The notes: a model not told the origin generated them from the letters alone. DNA of 58,127 nt from a virus (IMGVR_UViG_3300025676_000021:1-58127), one strand, 5' to 3'; numbered from the stretch's first letter, positions 1 to 9,496 are shown. Numbers and translations: made by a program.

Positions 1-2
1 AT

Positions 3-1394
3 GCTAATGAAGTAGGAGCCATGATTAAACTAAATCCTATTAATAGATTAAAACCAATTGAACTTGGTGTTAACAAAGGTGCACAGGAAGCCTTTGATGT
101 AGCAGCAAAGAACGCAAGGAATACGGTAAGAGATTTACAAGTTAAATACAAAGATAATATGACTTTAAAACAATCTCTAGATGATTTGCAATACTATTTA
201 AAAGCAGATGAAGGTGTTCCAAGTAGATCAGCATTAAGAGATTTAAATGAATCATTAAAAAGTTTTACAAACTCTGGGTTAGTACCTGTAGATGAAAAGA
301 AAGCATTAAACAAAGTCATTGGTGAAATAAACAATAAAGTTGGACCAATGCAGGCTACAAAGACAAGATACGGAACTGAATCTAATTACACATTACAAGG
401 TGGCAAAGATTACAGAGAAACTATCTTTACACTTCCAGAAGATATTACAACTAACGCATCACTTAGAAATAAAGGTGGACACTTTGGAGATGAGATTGGT
501 GATGTAAATAATATTTACCACATAAGATATGATACAAGGTTCACACCTGATGGTAAAAAAGTATTTATGATTAATGAAATACAATCTGATGTAAACCAGA
601 GTATTGCAAAAAGTATGACTAAAGCCGCACAACTATCAGGAGAGAGAAGATTAAATCCATTTAATGCTGAGATAGAATTAAATTTATTGGTAGGCCAACG
701 GGGTAAGATGCTTAAAGATTTAGATGATGCACTTGCTAGAAATGAGTTTGGTAGAGTAAACGCCATTAGTGCATCTATGAAAGATATTAATACAAAATTA
801 AAAAGATTAACTACTCAAAGAAATACTTACAGCGATACAAACAAAGATTACTTTCCAATGGTTGAATCAGATTCATATGGAGATCATGCAGTAAAATATT
901 TGATGCAGAAGGCTGCACGTGAAAATGTTGATTACGTAGCCGTTGCCCCGTTTGACAAAGTAAGTTTCAGACAAGGGTACAAAGCGGGTAACGAAAGATT
1001 TTATGGTTATGCAAATGGTAAAGGTATAGGTAAAAAAGGTAAAGCTGTACTTCCAGATGTCATGGGTAAGAATGCAAGGTTCTATGGATCAAGCGCAGGT
1101 CCAACAAAAATATCTTTATCGGATCCAACTAAACCATATAAAACAATTGGTAATGATACATTTAAATATCCAAAAGATCATCCACTAAAAGGAAAAGAAA
1201 TAAAAAGCCAATATCATAGTAGCACTGGTATGAATCCTGAAAAAGGAACTAAGAATATTCCAGAAGGAGATCCACGCTTGTATTTCGATGCATATGCGAT
1301 TAAAGTGGTTCCACTAATGAGAAATACACAAAAAACTTACAAGTCCAAAGGAGGACTTGTGGTGGATATGTTTAAACCAATAAGGTACAATTAA
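3..1394 (+). CDS. Large putative virion/ejected protein, 5'-truncated, with H-x-R...E-I-Q-S-D domain
   Basis: Frame is open upstream of ATG 21 to the window edge (ANEVGAM...). Motif HIRYDTR...KVFMINEIQSD is of the kind seen in large phage polyvalent-type proteins. Ends YKSKGGLVV. Directly upstream of portal. Confidence 0.55.
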   Translation, partial: ANEVGAMIKLNPINRLKPIELGVNKGAQEAFDVAAKNARNTVRDLQVKYKDNMTLKQSLDDLQYYLKADEGVPSRSALRDLNESLKSFTNSGLVPVDEKKALNKVIGEINNKVGPMQATKTRYGTESNYTLQGGKDYRETIFTLPEDITTNASLRNKGGHFGDEIGDVNNIYHIRYDTRFTPDGKKVFMINEIQSDVNQSIAKSMTKAAQLSGERRLNPFNAEIELNLLVGQRGKMLKDLDDALARNEFGRVNAISASMKDINTKLKRLTTQRNTYSDTNKDYFPMVESDSYGDHAVKYLMQKAARENVDYVAVAPFDKVSFRQGYKAGNERFYGYANGKGIGKKGKAVLPDVMGKNARFYGSSAGPTKISLSDPTKPYKTIGNDTFKYPKDHPLKGKEIKSQYHSSTGMNPEKGTKNIPEGDPRLYFDAYAIKVVPLMRNTQKTYKSKGGLVVDMFKPIRYN

Positions 1395-1396
1395 TC

Positions 1397-3715
1397 ATGG
1401 CAGTAGAAAAAGTAACAGAGGAATTAGCAGAAGAAGTAGTTGAACAACCTGAGGGTCTTCCAGTTGACGTAGAAGTTGAGGGAGAAGAAGAGGTTGTAGA
1501 GGAAAGACCTCAAGACGATTTTAATGCAAACTTATCAGAAGACATGGACGAGCGAGAGCTTAAAGACATGGCCATGGAGCTTATTGAAGAATACAAAAAA
1601 GATAAGACATCTAGAAAAGAATGGGAAGATGCTTATATTAAAGGTTTAGATTTATTAGGAACTAAGTACCAGGAAGTAACAAAACCATTTAAAGGAGCTT
1701 CCGGTGTCACGCATCCATTGTTAGCTGAATCAGTTACACAATTCCAAGCACAAGCATATAAAGAATTAGTACCATCTGATGGTCCTGTACGGACACAGGT
1801 TATAGGTTTACAAACACCGGCTACCGAACAACAAGCAGATAGAGTTAAAGATTATATGAATTACCTGCTGATGGAGGAGATGGAAGATTACACAACTGAC
1901 ATGGATCAGATGTTATTTTATCTACCCTTATCCGGATCTACATTTAAGAAAATTTATTACGATGCATTATTAGATAGACCTGTATCTAAATTTATACCAG
2001 CAGAAGATTTAGTAGTTCCCTACTACGCATCAGATTTAAAAGACTGTGAGAGAATAACTCACGTAATTAAAATGACACAGAATGATGTCACTAAAAAAAT
2101 GGCTGCAGGTTTTTATAGAGATATAGAATTAATTGATTCAACAACAGAACCAGATTCAGTACAGAAAAAATTAAATGAACTAGAAGGTGTCAAAGGCACA
2201 GGTTCAGATTATTTAAATACAATTCTTGAAATGCACGTAGATTTAAATTTAGATGACTACGAAGATTTTGATGACAAAGCTAAAAAAATAAAAATTCCAT
2301 ATATTGTAACTATTGATGAAGGTAGTGGAGAAATTTTATCTATTTATAGAAACTACAAACCAGATGATCCCAGTTATTCAAGAGTAGAATATTTTGTACA
2401 TTACAAATTTTTACCAGGATTAGGTTTCTATGGTTTTGGTTTAACACATATGATCGGTGGTTTATCACAAGCTGCAACTCAATCTTTAAGACAATTGATT
2501 GATGCAGGTACTTTAAAAAATTTACCAGCAGGATTTAAATCACGTGGTATTAGAGTTAGAGATGATGATCAACCAATTCAACCAGGAGAGTTTAGAGATG
2601 TAGATGCACCTGGTGGAAATATAAGAGATCAGTTTTTTAATTTACCATTTACAGAACCATCACCAACTTTATACAACTTGATGGGATTTGTAGTACAAGC
2701 AGGACAGAAATTTGCAGCGATAACAGATTCAAATATTGGTAATGATGCTCAAAACAGAGCTGTTGGAACTACAATGGCGCTGATGGAAAGAGGATCACGT
2801 GTTATGAGTGGTGTTCACAAAAGATGTTACTACGCAATGAGACTAGAATTTAAAATTTTAGCTAGAATTTGCGGTGAATACTTACCACCAGAATATCCTT
2901 ACGATGTTTACGGGGGCCCAAGACAAATTAAACAAGCAGATTTTGATAACAGAGTAGATATTTTACCTGTTGCAGACCCAAATATTATGTCTATGTCACA
3001 AAGAGTGACGTTAGCACAAGCACAATTACAAATTGCACAATCAAATCCACAGATGCACAACTTACACGAAGCATATAGACGTGTTTACGAAGCACTTGGA
3101 ACAAAAACTATAGATCAAATTCTAAAACCACCTCCAAAACAACCCGAGCCTTTAGATCCTGCAAAAGAAAATGCACGTTCACTACAAATGAAGTTGCTTA
3201 CAGCGTTTGAATTCCAAGATCACGATGCTCACATCTCTGCTCACATGGCATTTATGGCATCTAGAATGGTACAGATTAATCCTCAGGTGTATGCATTATT
3301 ACAATCACACATCTCTGATCACATTTCATTTAAAGCTAAAGCACAAGTGAAACAAATAGTGATGGAAAATCCTGAAATGGCACAAATGGCTCAACAGGAT
3401 CCACAACAATTTGAAATTATGTTTGAAGCTGAAGTTGCAAAGGTTGCAGCACAGATTACACAAGAGTTAGTACAGACTGAACAAGCTAATCAAAACAAAG
3501 AAGACCCATTAATTAAAATTAAACAACAAGAAATTGATTTAAGAGCTATGGATCTTCAAAGAAAAGCTGAAGAAACTAAATTTAGAGCTGATCAAGAGAA
3601 TCAAAGAGCAGATCAAAGACTTGAATTTGATTATGATAGACTTGCACAACAAGATTCACAATCAGATGAACGTTTAGAAGTAGCGAGAGAGAAAATTGAC
3701 TCAAAGAAGAAATAA
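1397..3715 (+). CDS. Portal protein
   Basis: 772 aa; motifs PFKGASGVTHPLLAE, LFYLPLSGSTFKK, GFYGFGL, RQLIDAGTL; acidic N-terminus and Gln-rich coiled C-terminus as in P22-like portals; position in head module. Confidence 0.9.
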   Translation: MAVEKVTEELAEEVVEQPEGLPVDVEVEGEEEVVEERPQDDFNANLSEDMDERELKDMAMELIEEYKKDKTSRKEWEDAYIKGLDLLGTKYQEVTKPFKGASGVTHPLLAESVTQFQAQAYKELVPSDGPVRTQVIGLQTPATEQQADRVKDYMNYLLMEEMEDYTTDMDQMLFYLPLSGSTFKKIYYDALLDRPVSKFIPAEDLVVPYYASDLKDCERITHVIKMTQNDVTKKMAAGFYRDIELIDSTTEPDSVQKKLNELEGVKGTGSDYLNTILEMHVDLNLDDYEDFDDKAKKIKIPYIVTIDEGSGEILSIYRNYKPDDPSYSRVEYFVHYKFLPGLGFYGFGLTHMIGGLSQAATQSLRQLIDAGTLKNLPAGFKSRGIRVRDDDQPIQPGEFRDVDAPGGNIRDQFFNLPFTEPSPTLYNLMGFVVQAGQKFAAITDSNIGNDAQNRAVGTTMALMERGSRVMSGVHKRCYYAMRLEFKILARICGEYLPPEYPYDVYGGPRQIKQADFDNRVDILPVADPNIMSMSQRVTLAQAQLQIAQSNPQMHNLHEAYRRVYEALGTKTIDQILKPPPKQPEPLDPAKENARSLQMKLLTAFEFQDHDAHISAHMAFMASRMVQINPQVYALLQSHISDHISFKAKAQVKQIVMENPEMAQMAQQDPQQFEIMFEAEVAKVAAQITQELVQTEQANQNKEDPLIKIKQQEIDLRAMDLQRKAEETKFRADQENQRADQRLEFDYDRLAQQDSQSDERLEVAREKIDSKKK

Positions 3716-3851
3716 TTCATTGAGTGGAGGTGTATCTTCGGGTCCACCACCTAAGAGAGGGCCAAACCCACAAGGACTAACGCGAAAGAAGTTTAAAAGT
3801 GTCAAACAGTACACCAAAAAACTCATACGAAAGTCTTCCAGTAACATCTAA
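3696..3851 (+). CDS. Small basic protein with GPPPKRGPNPQG motif (not in ORF track)
   Basis: Hand-translated from TTG: MTQRRNNSLSGGVSSGPPPKRGPNPQGLTRKKFKSVKQYTKKLIRKSSSNI; overlaps portal stop. Confidence 0.6.
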   Translation: MTQRRNNSLSGGVSSGPPPKRGPNPQGLTRKKFKSVKQYTKKLIRKSSSNI

Positions 3852-4254
3852 ATTACTTTTTTTAGCTGGAATATTTGATGGAGAAGGTAGCTTTGGCATT
3901 TGGTCAAAGGGCATAGGAAGAAAAAAAGAATTTGCCTGCACAATAGAGATGACAGATAAGGATACACTGCAAAAATTTGTAGATATGTTTGGAGGTCAGA
4001 TGTTTCCTTGTAAAATAAGGAAACCACACCATACCCCAACCTGGAGATGGAGGCAGAATGGCTACAGGGCTTTCCAAATAATAGATAAAATGATAGAATT
4101 CATGAGTATAAGGAGACAGGATAAATATTATGTGGCTAAGCGCGATAAAATTGGCGGCACAAGCAGGTACGCACATATTCAAGAAGCGTCAAGAGACAAA
4201 GATGCTGATGGCGGATGCACAAATGATGCACGCAAGAAAGATGGCTCAAGGTGA
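3799..4254 (+). CDS. Free-standing single-motif LAGLIDADG homing endonuclease
   Basis: LLFLAGIFDGEGSF helix motif, then IEMTD..LQKF..MFGG and WRW strand typical of the LAGLIDADG fold. Confidence 0.85.
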   Translation: MSNSTPKNSYESLPVTSKLLFLAGIFDGEGSFGIWSKGIGRKKEFACTIEMTDKDTLQKFVDMFGGQMFPCKIRKPHHTPTWRWRQNGYRAFQIIDKMIEFMSIRRQDKYYVAKRDKIGGTSRYAHIQEASRDKDADGGCTNDARKKDGSR

Positions 4255-4525
4255 GGAAGCTTACCAAGGTAAACTTTTAGAATCAAGAAATTCGGACTGG
4301 AAGGACGAGGCAGTTTTGATAATTTTGTCAGCGCCAATAGCAGTCCTGAGTTGGGCTGTCATAAGTGACGACCCAGGAGCGATGGACAAGGTAAAATTGT
4401 TTTTTGACATGTTCTCGCAGCTTCCGAGCTGGTTCACAAATTTATGGATCCTTGTCGTGGCGAGCATCTATGGTATAAAGGGAACTCAAATCTTCAGGGG
4501 TGGAATGAACAAGGATAAAAAATGA
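4130..4525 (+). CDS. Membrane protein, putative holin (3TM/GTA-holin-like)
   Basis: SDWKDE motif followed by two hydrophobic helices (AVLIILSAPIAVLSWAV; WFTNLWILVVASIYG) and basic tail. Confidence 0.55.
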   Translation: MWLSAIKLAAQAGTHIFKKRQETKMLMADAQMMHARKMAQGEEAYQGKLLESRNSDWKDEAVLIILSAPIAVLSWAVISDDPGAMDKVKLFFDMFSQLPSWFTNLWILVVASIYGIKGTQIFRGGMNKDKK

Positions 4526-4629
4526 AATATTTCGTAACATTTATATATCACTGGTCGACTAAATTAACTTCATGGTCTTGGAATAAATTATATGGAAACA
4601 GAACAACAGGGTTAGGGTACAAAAAATGA
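4522..4629 (+). CDS. Small hypothetical protein (35 aa, not in ORF track)
   Basis: MKYFVTFIYHWSTKLTSWSWNKLYGNRTTGLGYKK; ATGA-coupled to both neighbours. Confidence 0.6.
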   Translation: MKYFVTFIYHWSTKLTSWSWNKLYGNRTTGLGYKK

Positions 4630-4781
4630 ATTTAGAAAGAGACTTACAAAAATTAAAAAAAGAAAGAGCATTAAAAGAATCTACTTTAGCTCAACTACGA
4701 AAAAGAAGTAAAGACTCAGTGTCTAGACCTAAAGCTAAAAAAAATATATTATCAACAGACCCAAGGATGCAAAGGATTTAA
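4626..4781 (+). CDS. Small basic hypothetical protein (51 aa, not in ORF track)
   Basis: MNLERDLQKLKKERALKES...DPRMQRI; ATGA overlap upstream; fills the gap to 4783. Confidence 0.6.
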   Translation: MNLERDLQKLKKERALKESTLAQLRKRSKDSVSRPKAKKNILSTDPRMQRI

Positions 4782-4782
4782 T

Positions 4783-5217
4783 ATGCCAGGAATAGAAAAA
4801 AAAGGAAGAAGTAAAATAGCTAGTTACAAAAAAGGAAGTGGTCCTTGTTGGAGCGGTTATGAAATGATTGGAATGAAATCTAAAGGTGGAAAAAAAGTTC
4901 CAAACTGTGTTCCTAAAAAAGCTAATAAAGGTTTGTTAGCAGAAAAAAAAACTCCTCCTAAAAAAACGCCTCCTATTGAGCAACAAGATACACCTAAAAA
5001 ATTTCAGGATACAATTGATAAAGCTAAAAAATTTAAAAATAAAAAACCTATTCCAGGTGATCCTCGTAAAAGAAGAAAACAACTAATAGATATTCAAAAC
5101 CCTGTTTCTGAATACGATAAAAAAGGTAAATTAAAATATACTGCCGCTAAGCACGGAACAATGGTTAGAGGTGGTGGTGCAGCTATCAGAGGACTAAAAT
5201 TCCAAGGAGTGAAATAA
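4783..5217 (+). CDS. Lys-rich protein with CWxGY...VPNCVP module and C-terminal RGxGAAxxG motif
   Basis: PCWSGYEMIGMKSKGGKKVPNCVP is a recurrent small phage module; ends MVRGGGAAIRGLKFQGVK. Confidence 0.7.
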   Translation: MPGIEKKGRSKIASYKKGSGPCWSGYEMIGMKSKGGKKVPNCVPKKANKGLLAEKKTPPKKTPPIEQQDTPKKFQDTIDKAKKFKNKKPIPGDPRKRRKQLIDIQNPVSEYDKKGKLKYTAAKHGTMVRGGGAAIRGLKFQGVK

Positions 5218-5351
5218 TGTGGAAATGGATAAAAAACTTATTTAAACCGAAAAGAGTATTGCCAGATATTACATCGGTAAAACCAAAGGTAGACTTAACA
5301 GGTCTTACTAAAGGTGATATAAAGAAATTAAAGAAACAAGGAAAAATATAA
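5217..5351 (+). CDS. Small hypothetical protein (44 aa, not in ORF track)
   Basis: MWKWIKNLFKPKRVLPDITSVKPKVDLTGLTKGDIKKLKKQGKI; TAATG-coupled at both ends. Confidence 0.65.
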   Translation: MWKWIKNLFKPKRVLPDITSVKPKVDLTGLTKGDIKKLKKQGKI

Positions 5352-5602
5352 TGCCATCAAGAAAAGTATCAAATAGAAAAACTGTTGCAAATAAACCAAC
5401 TAAGGATCCTGTGGATCCTAAAGATCCTAAAAAAAAGAAATACAAACCAGGTAAAATGGGAAATCCTGCAGTTGTAGAAACTTACGAAGACGCAAGAGAA
5501 AATGCAATGATCAATAGAAACGTTCCTACGATGAAAGAAGGTGGCTATTGTAGAGGTGTAGGTGCTGCAATCAAAGGCACTAAATTCGAAGGCGTTTTTT
5601 AG
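5351..5602 (+). CDS. Small basic protein with C-terminal RGxGAAxxG motif
   Basis: Ends MKEGGYCRGVGAAIKGTKFEGVF, paralogous to the tail of 4783..5217. Confidence 0.7.
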   Translation: MPSRKVSNRKTVANKPTKDPVDPKDPKKKKYKPGKMGNPAVVETYEDARENAMINRNVPTMKEGGYCRGVGAAIKGTKFEGVF

Positions 5603-5630
5603 TTTACAAAAAAGACAAAATTATTATATT
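5603..5630 (+). promoter_or_regulatory. Putative sigma70 promoter for oxygenase/methyltransferase pair
   Basis: TTTACA-16 nt-TATATT in the intergenic gap. Confidence 0.35.
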
Positions 5631-5660
5631 ATTTAATAGTTCAATTTAACTTTAAATATC

Positions 5661-6140
5661 ATGATAAAAATTCTAGACAACTTTTTAGACTATAATCTAT
5701 TAAACTATATTACTAGCGAAGTTCTAGATAAAGATTTCCCTTGGTTTTTTTCTGATGGAAAGTCTTATGAGAGAGACGGCCATATTCAGTTTCAACATAC
5801 TTTTTACATTAACAACAATATTAATAGTGTTTATTATAAAAGCATTGCTTTACCCATTCTAAAAAAATTAAATTTCAAATACGTTTTAAAAGCAAAAATT
5901 AATATTACCCCTAAAGACAAAGAAATTACTAAATATTTATTACATAATGATGTTGATATAGAATGTAATACAGCTATATTGTATCTCAATGATAATAATG
6001 GGAAAACTGTTTTTGAAAATGGAGAGGAAGTTAATAGTTTGAAAAATAGAATGGTAATTTTCCCCTCTTCCTTAAGACATGGGGGAACAACTCATACAAA
6101 TTCTAATTACAGATCTTTAATTAATTTAAATTACATATGA
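5661..6140 (+). CDS. 2OG-Fe(II) oxygenase
   Basis: HxD (LHND), TAILYLN..NGKT, NRMVIFP, distal H (RHGG) and R (YRSLIN). Confidence 0.8.
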   Translation: MIKILDNFLDYNLLNYITSEVLDKDFPWFFSDGKSYERDGHIQFQHTFYINNNINSVYYKSIALPILKKLNFKYVLKAKINITPKDKEITKYLLHNDVDIECNTAILYLNDNNGKTVFENGEEVNSLKNRMVIFPSSLRHGGTTHTNSNYRSLINLNYI

Positions 6141-6712
6141 TTCAAGGCGATAGCACTGAATACGAAATTTTAACACAAGCATGTGAAACATTAGGGAACA
6201 ACCTATTTACTGCTGAAATAGGTGTTCGTGAAGGTAAGGGTACTTCTACAATTTTGGAAGCATTGAAGGATAAAAACCATTGGCATATTGGAATAGATCC
6301 TTATGGTAATTTAGATTATCAACACTACGATGAATCAAGTTCTTACACTTGTGATTACACAAACAGTATGAAACTTCAGTTAATAAAAGATATTGATTAT
6401 GAAAATTTTACATTGTTCCCAATGGGTGATGATGAATTTATGAAAAGATTTTTTGATGGTGTCCCCATCTACAGAGAAAAGAAAGAATTAATAAATAAAT
6501 ATGATTTAGTTCATTTTGATGGACCTCATAAAACTGTTGATGTAATTAAAGAAGTAATTTTCTTTGGTGAACGATCACACGCAGGCACGGTGTTCGTTTT
6601 CGATGATTATCCTAAATTTGATATGGATACTGTTTTAAAAATTATAGTTAATCAATATGGTTTTATGTTATTAAAACAAGGTAAGAATAAAATTTCACTA
6701 AAAAGAAATTAA
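6137..6712 (+). CDS. Class I SAM-dependent methyltransferase (Methyltransf_24-like)
   Basis: AEIGVREG motif I, IGIDPY, DLVHFDGPH, VFDD. Confidence 0.85.
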   Translation: MIQGDSTEYEILTQACETLGNNLFTAEIGVREGKGTSTILEALKDKNHWHIGIDPYGNLDYQHYDESSSYTCDYTNSMKLQLIKDIDYENFTLFPMGDDEFMKRFFDGVPIYREKKELINKYDLVHFDGPHKTVDVIKEVIFFGERSHAGTVFVFDDYPKFDMDTVLKIIVNQYGFMLLKQGKNKISLKRN

Positions 6713-6930
6713 TGGACATAGATACAATATCACTCGTACAACATAAAGTTAAGAAAGCTTTAGCTAGACTCAAGTCACACGCTATATATGGTGTTGACAC
6801 CATGGAGAAACTACAATATGTTAGGGGTCAAATCAGATCTCTTGAGGATCTGCAACAGGATCTTAAAGACCTGCTGACAACAACGGAGTACGATGATGAA
6901 CAAGTCCACGGAGATACCGAAACGGACTGA
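6712..6930 (+). CDS. Conserved small head-module hypothetical protein
   Basis: Helical 72 aa (GVDTMEKLQYVRGQI) immediately before GroES. Confidence 0.6.
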   Translation: MDIDTISLVQHKVKKALARLKSHAIYGVDTMEKLQYVRGQIRSLEDLQQDLKDLLTTTEYDDEQVHGDTETD

Positions 6931-7342
6931 TGCTCTTCTAAATGCTTACAAAGCTAAAGAAGAAATAGAAACAGTCCTAGATCCTAAAAAGATCGACAAA
7001 TCAACATTAGATAGTCTACCAACACCAACTGGTTATAGAATTTTAGTTTTGCCATATGCAGGACCTAAAAAAACTAAAGGTGGTTTATGGCTTTCTGATG
7101 CAACACAAGAAACGATACAAATGACTACAGTGTGTGGTCTAGTATTAAAAATGGGAGATCTTTGTTATCATGATAAAGATAAATTCACAAACGGACCTTG
7201 GTGTACACTAAATGAATGGATTATTTTTAGTAGGTATTCAGGTTCTAGATTCAAAATAGATGGCGGTGAAGTAAGAGTGTTGAATGACGATGAAGTCATT
7301 GCAACAATTAAAGACCCAAATGATATTTTGCACCATTACTAG
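6893..7342 (+). CDS. groES: GroES/Cpn10-like co-chaperonin
   Basis: PTGYRILV...KTKGGLWL...GLVLKMG...FSRYSG...VLNDDEVIA matches the Cpn10 signature. Confidence 0.9.
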   Translation: MMNKSTEIPKRTDALLNAYKAKEEIETVLDPKKIDKSTLDSLPTPTGYRILVLPYAGPKKTKGGLWLSDATQETIQMTTVCGLVLKMGDLCYHDKDKFTNGPWCTLNEWIIFSRYSGSRFKIDGGEVRVLNDDEVIATIKDPNDILHHY

Positions 7343-7351
7343 GAGGACTAA

Positions 7352-8353
7352 ATGGCAGACATACAAGAAAAAAACCCAGAAGTTGAAATAGATACAACTG
7401 GTGTTAACGAACAAACAATAGAAGTAGACGCACCAAAAGTTTCAGATGAAGCTTTTGAAAAAAAACAAGAGGTTGATTTAGGCTATGTAGATGTTAGTGG
7501 TGGTGGTAAAACTGCCAAAGAACTTCTGCAGGAGACTAAAGAAGATGAAAAACCAAAAGTCGAAACTAAATTTGAACAAGTAGAAGAAAAAGAAGAAGAA
7601 TCAAATCTACAAGATTATTCTGACAAAGTTCAAAAAAGAATAAAGAAATTAACCTTTCAAGCGAAAGAAGCAGAACGTAGAGAAAGAGCTGCTGTTGATT
7701 ATGCTAAAGGTTTAAAAAGTAAGTATGAAAGTGCAGAAAAGAAATTTGAAGAAACTGATACTAATTACTTAAATGAATATAATGCTAGAGTTGATTCAGA
7801 AAGAGATAAGGCAAAAGCTGAATTAAGAACAGCATTAGATTCGCAAGACTCAGAATTAATTATGGAAGCTCAAGATAAGCTTACTAAATTATCTGTTGAG
7901 AAAGAAAAAGTTTCTATGACCCTTGCTGAAAAAGAGTCTAAGAAAAAAGAGATAGAGTCACAACCTGTTGAAAAAACTGAGGCCCCACAACCACAAATTA
8001 GCACTAGAGCTCAGGAATGGGCTTCAGATAATGAATGGTTTGGATCTGACAGAGTATTAACTTCTGCTGCTATGGGAATACACGAAGACCTTTTGCAGGA
8101 GGGAATTGACGCGGAGACTGATGGCTATTATAATCAAATCAACAAACGTATGAAGGAGTATTTTCCTCAGAAATTTGCCGAATCTTCTACTGAAGAAACA
8201 ACAAAAGCTACACCCGTCCAAAACGTAGCTTCTGTTAGCAGAAGATCAGGTGGACGCAAGTCTGTGAAACTCACCAAATCACAGGTAGTTATCGCTAAGA
8301 AATTAGGGGTGCCGCTAGAGGAATACGCAAAATACGTGAAGGAAGGATCTTAA
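7352..8353 (+). CDS. Capsid scaffolding protein
   Basis: Acidic coiled-coil 333 aa, C-terminal helix-turn-helix LTKSQVVIAKKLGVPLEEYAK; upstream of the capsid genes; RBS AGGAGG. Confidence 0.7.
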   Translation: MADIQEKNPEVEIDTTGVNEQTIEVDAPKVSDEAFEKKQEVDLGYVDVSGGGKTAKELLQETKEDEKPKVETKFEQVEEKEEESNLQDYSDKVQKRIKKLTFQAKEAERRERAAVDYAKGLKSKYESAEKKFEETDTNYLNEYNARVDSERDKAKAELRTALDSQDSELIMEAQDKLTKLSVEKEKVSMTLAEKESKKKEIESQPVEKTEAPQPQISTRAQEWASDNEWFGSDRVLTSAAMGIHEDLLQEGIDAETDGYYNQINKRMKEYFPQKFAESSTEETTKATPVQNVASVSRRSGGRKSVKLTKSQVVIAKKLGVPLEEYAKYVKEGS

Positions 8354-8354
8354 T

Positions 8355-8825
8355 ATGAATACTAAAGTAAAAACTTCACGCGAGTCTGAATCTAGAATAA
8401 AACTTTCTAGAAAGAAAGATTGGACTCCACCATCCAGTTTGGATGCGCCAGCTGCACCGCAAGGTTATGCACACAGATGGATAAGAACTTCTACAAATGG
8501 TTTTGAAGATCCAGGTAATGTATCTAAAAAACTTAGAGAAGGTTGGGAATTTGTTAGAGCCGAAACTGTAATAAGTGAAATCGGTGAAAATGATTATCCT
8601 GTTATCCATGAAGGAAGACATGCTGGTTTAATCGGAATTGGTGGCCTTGTGTTGGCAAGGATACCGGAGGAGATATTGAAAAGTCGTGCTGAGTATTTTA
8701 GTAAAATAACTCAAGATAGAACAGACGCGGTTGATCGAGATCTTATGAAGGAACAACACCCGGACATGCCTATCAATATTGATAGACAGTCTAGAGTTAC
8801 CTTTGGTGGTAGTCGTAAAAAATAA
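8355..8825 (+). CDS. Conserved head-module protein
   Basis: WTPPSSLDAP...HRWIR...LREGWEFV; lies between scaffold and capsid genes. Confidence 0.65.
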   Translation: MNTKVKTSRESESRIKLSRKKDWTPPSSLDAPAAPQGYAHRWIRTSTNGFEDPGNVSKKLREGWEFVRAETVISEIGENDYPVIHEGRHAGLIGIGGLVLARIPEEILKSRAEYFSKITQDRTDAVDRDLMKEQHPDMPINIDRQSRVTFGGSRKK

Positions 8826-8893
8826 TTTTTTTGCATTACCTACATAGATAGCTTGGATTAATATAAACTAACTAAGTTAAGGAGAACTGACAT

Positions 8894-9481
8894 ATGTCAA
8901 ATCAACTGGAAAAGTTTGGTCTTAGACCTTACAGAAAACTAGATGGTACGCCATTAGCAGGAGCCCAAAACAGATACACTATTAAAGCCGGATATGCGAC
9001 TGCGATATACCAAGGAGACTTGGTAGTTCCTGTTTCTACAGGAAACATCGAAAGACATACTGGTAATACTAGTTATGCATGTGTGGGCGTTTTTAACGGA
9101 GTTTTTTACAACGATCCAACTACTCAAAAGCCAACGTACAAAAATTACTACCCTGGTGGTGTTACACCAACTCAAGGCGATATTACTGCCTTTGTTGTTG
9201 ACGATCCAGACGCAGTATTTTTAATGGACGCAGACGCGGCTTTCACGAGAGCGGATTTGTTTAAAAACTACTCGGTTACTACTGCAGGTGGTGTTACACA
9301 AACTGGAATATCAAGTGTACAATTAGATGTAAGTGCCTCAGGTACTGCAACTACTTTTTCTGTACAAGCAATTGATATAACACAAGATCCTGAAAATCAG
9401 GATACTACTGTATCAAATGCTAATATTCTTGTTAGAATCAACAACCACTTCTACAAAGCCGCTACTGGCGGATTAGCTTAA
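8894..9481 (+). CDS. Capsid decoration/minor capsid protein
   Basis: FGLRP, IYQGDLV, GVFNG, VVDDP motifs; beta-rich; strong RBS; immediately before major capsid. Confidence 0.65.
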   Translation: MSNQLEKFGLRPYRKLDGTPLAGAQNRYTIKAGYATAIYQGDLVVPVSTGNIERHTGNTSYACVGVFNGVFYNDPTTQKPTYKNYYPGGVTPTQGDITAFVVDDPDAVFLMDADAAFTRADLFKNYSVTTAGGVTQTGISSVQLDVSASGTATTFSVQAIDITQDPENQDTTVSNANILVRINNHFYKAATGGLA

Positions 9482-9496
9482 TAAAGGAGAATAACT

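Noticed and set aside
3716-4130. Group I intron or intein hosting the LAGLIDADG ORF
   Set aside because: Portal and holin-like genes are intact, there is no space for an intron core, and there are no intein terminal residues.
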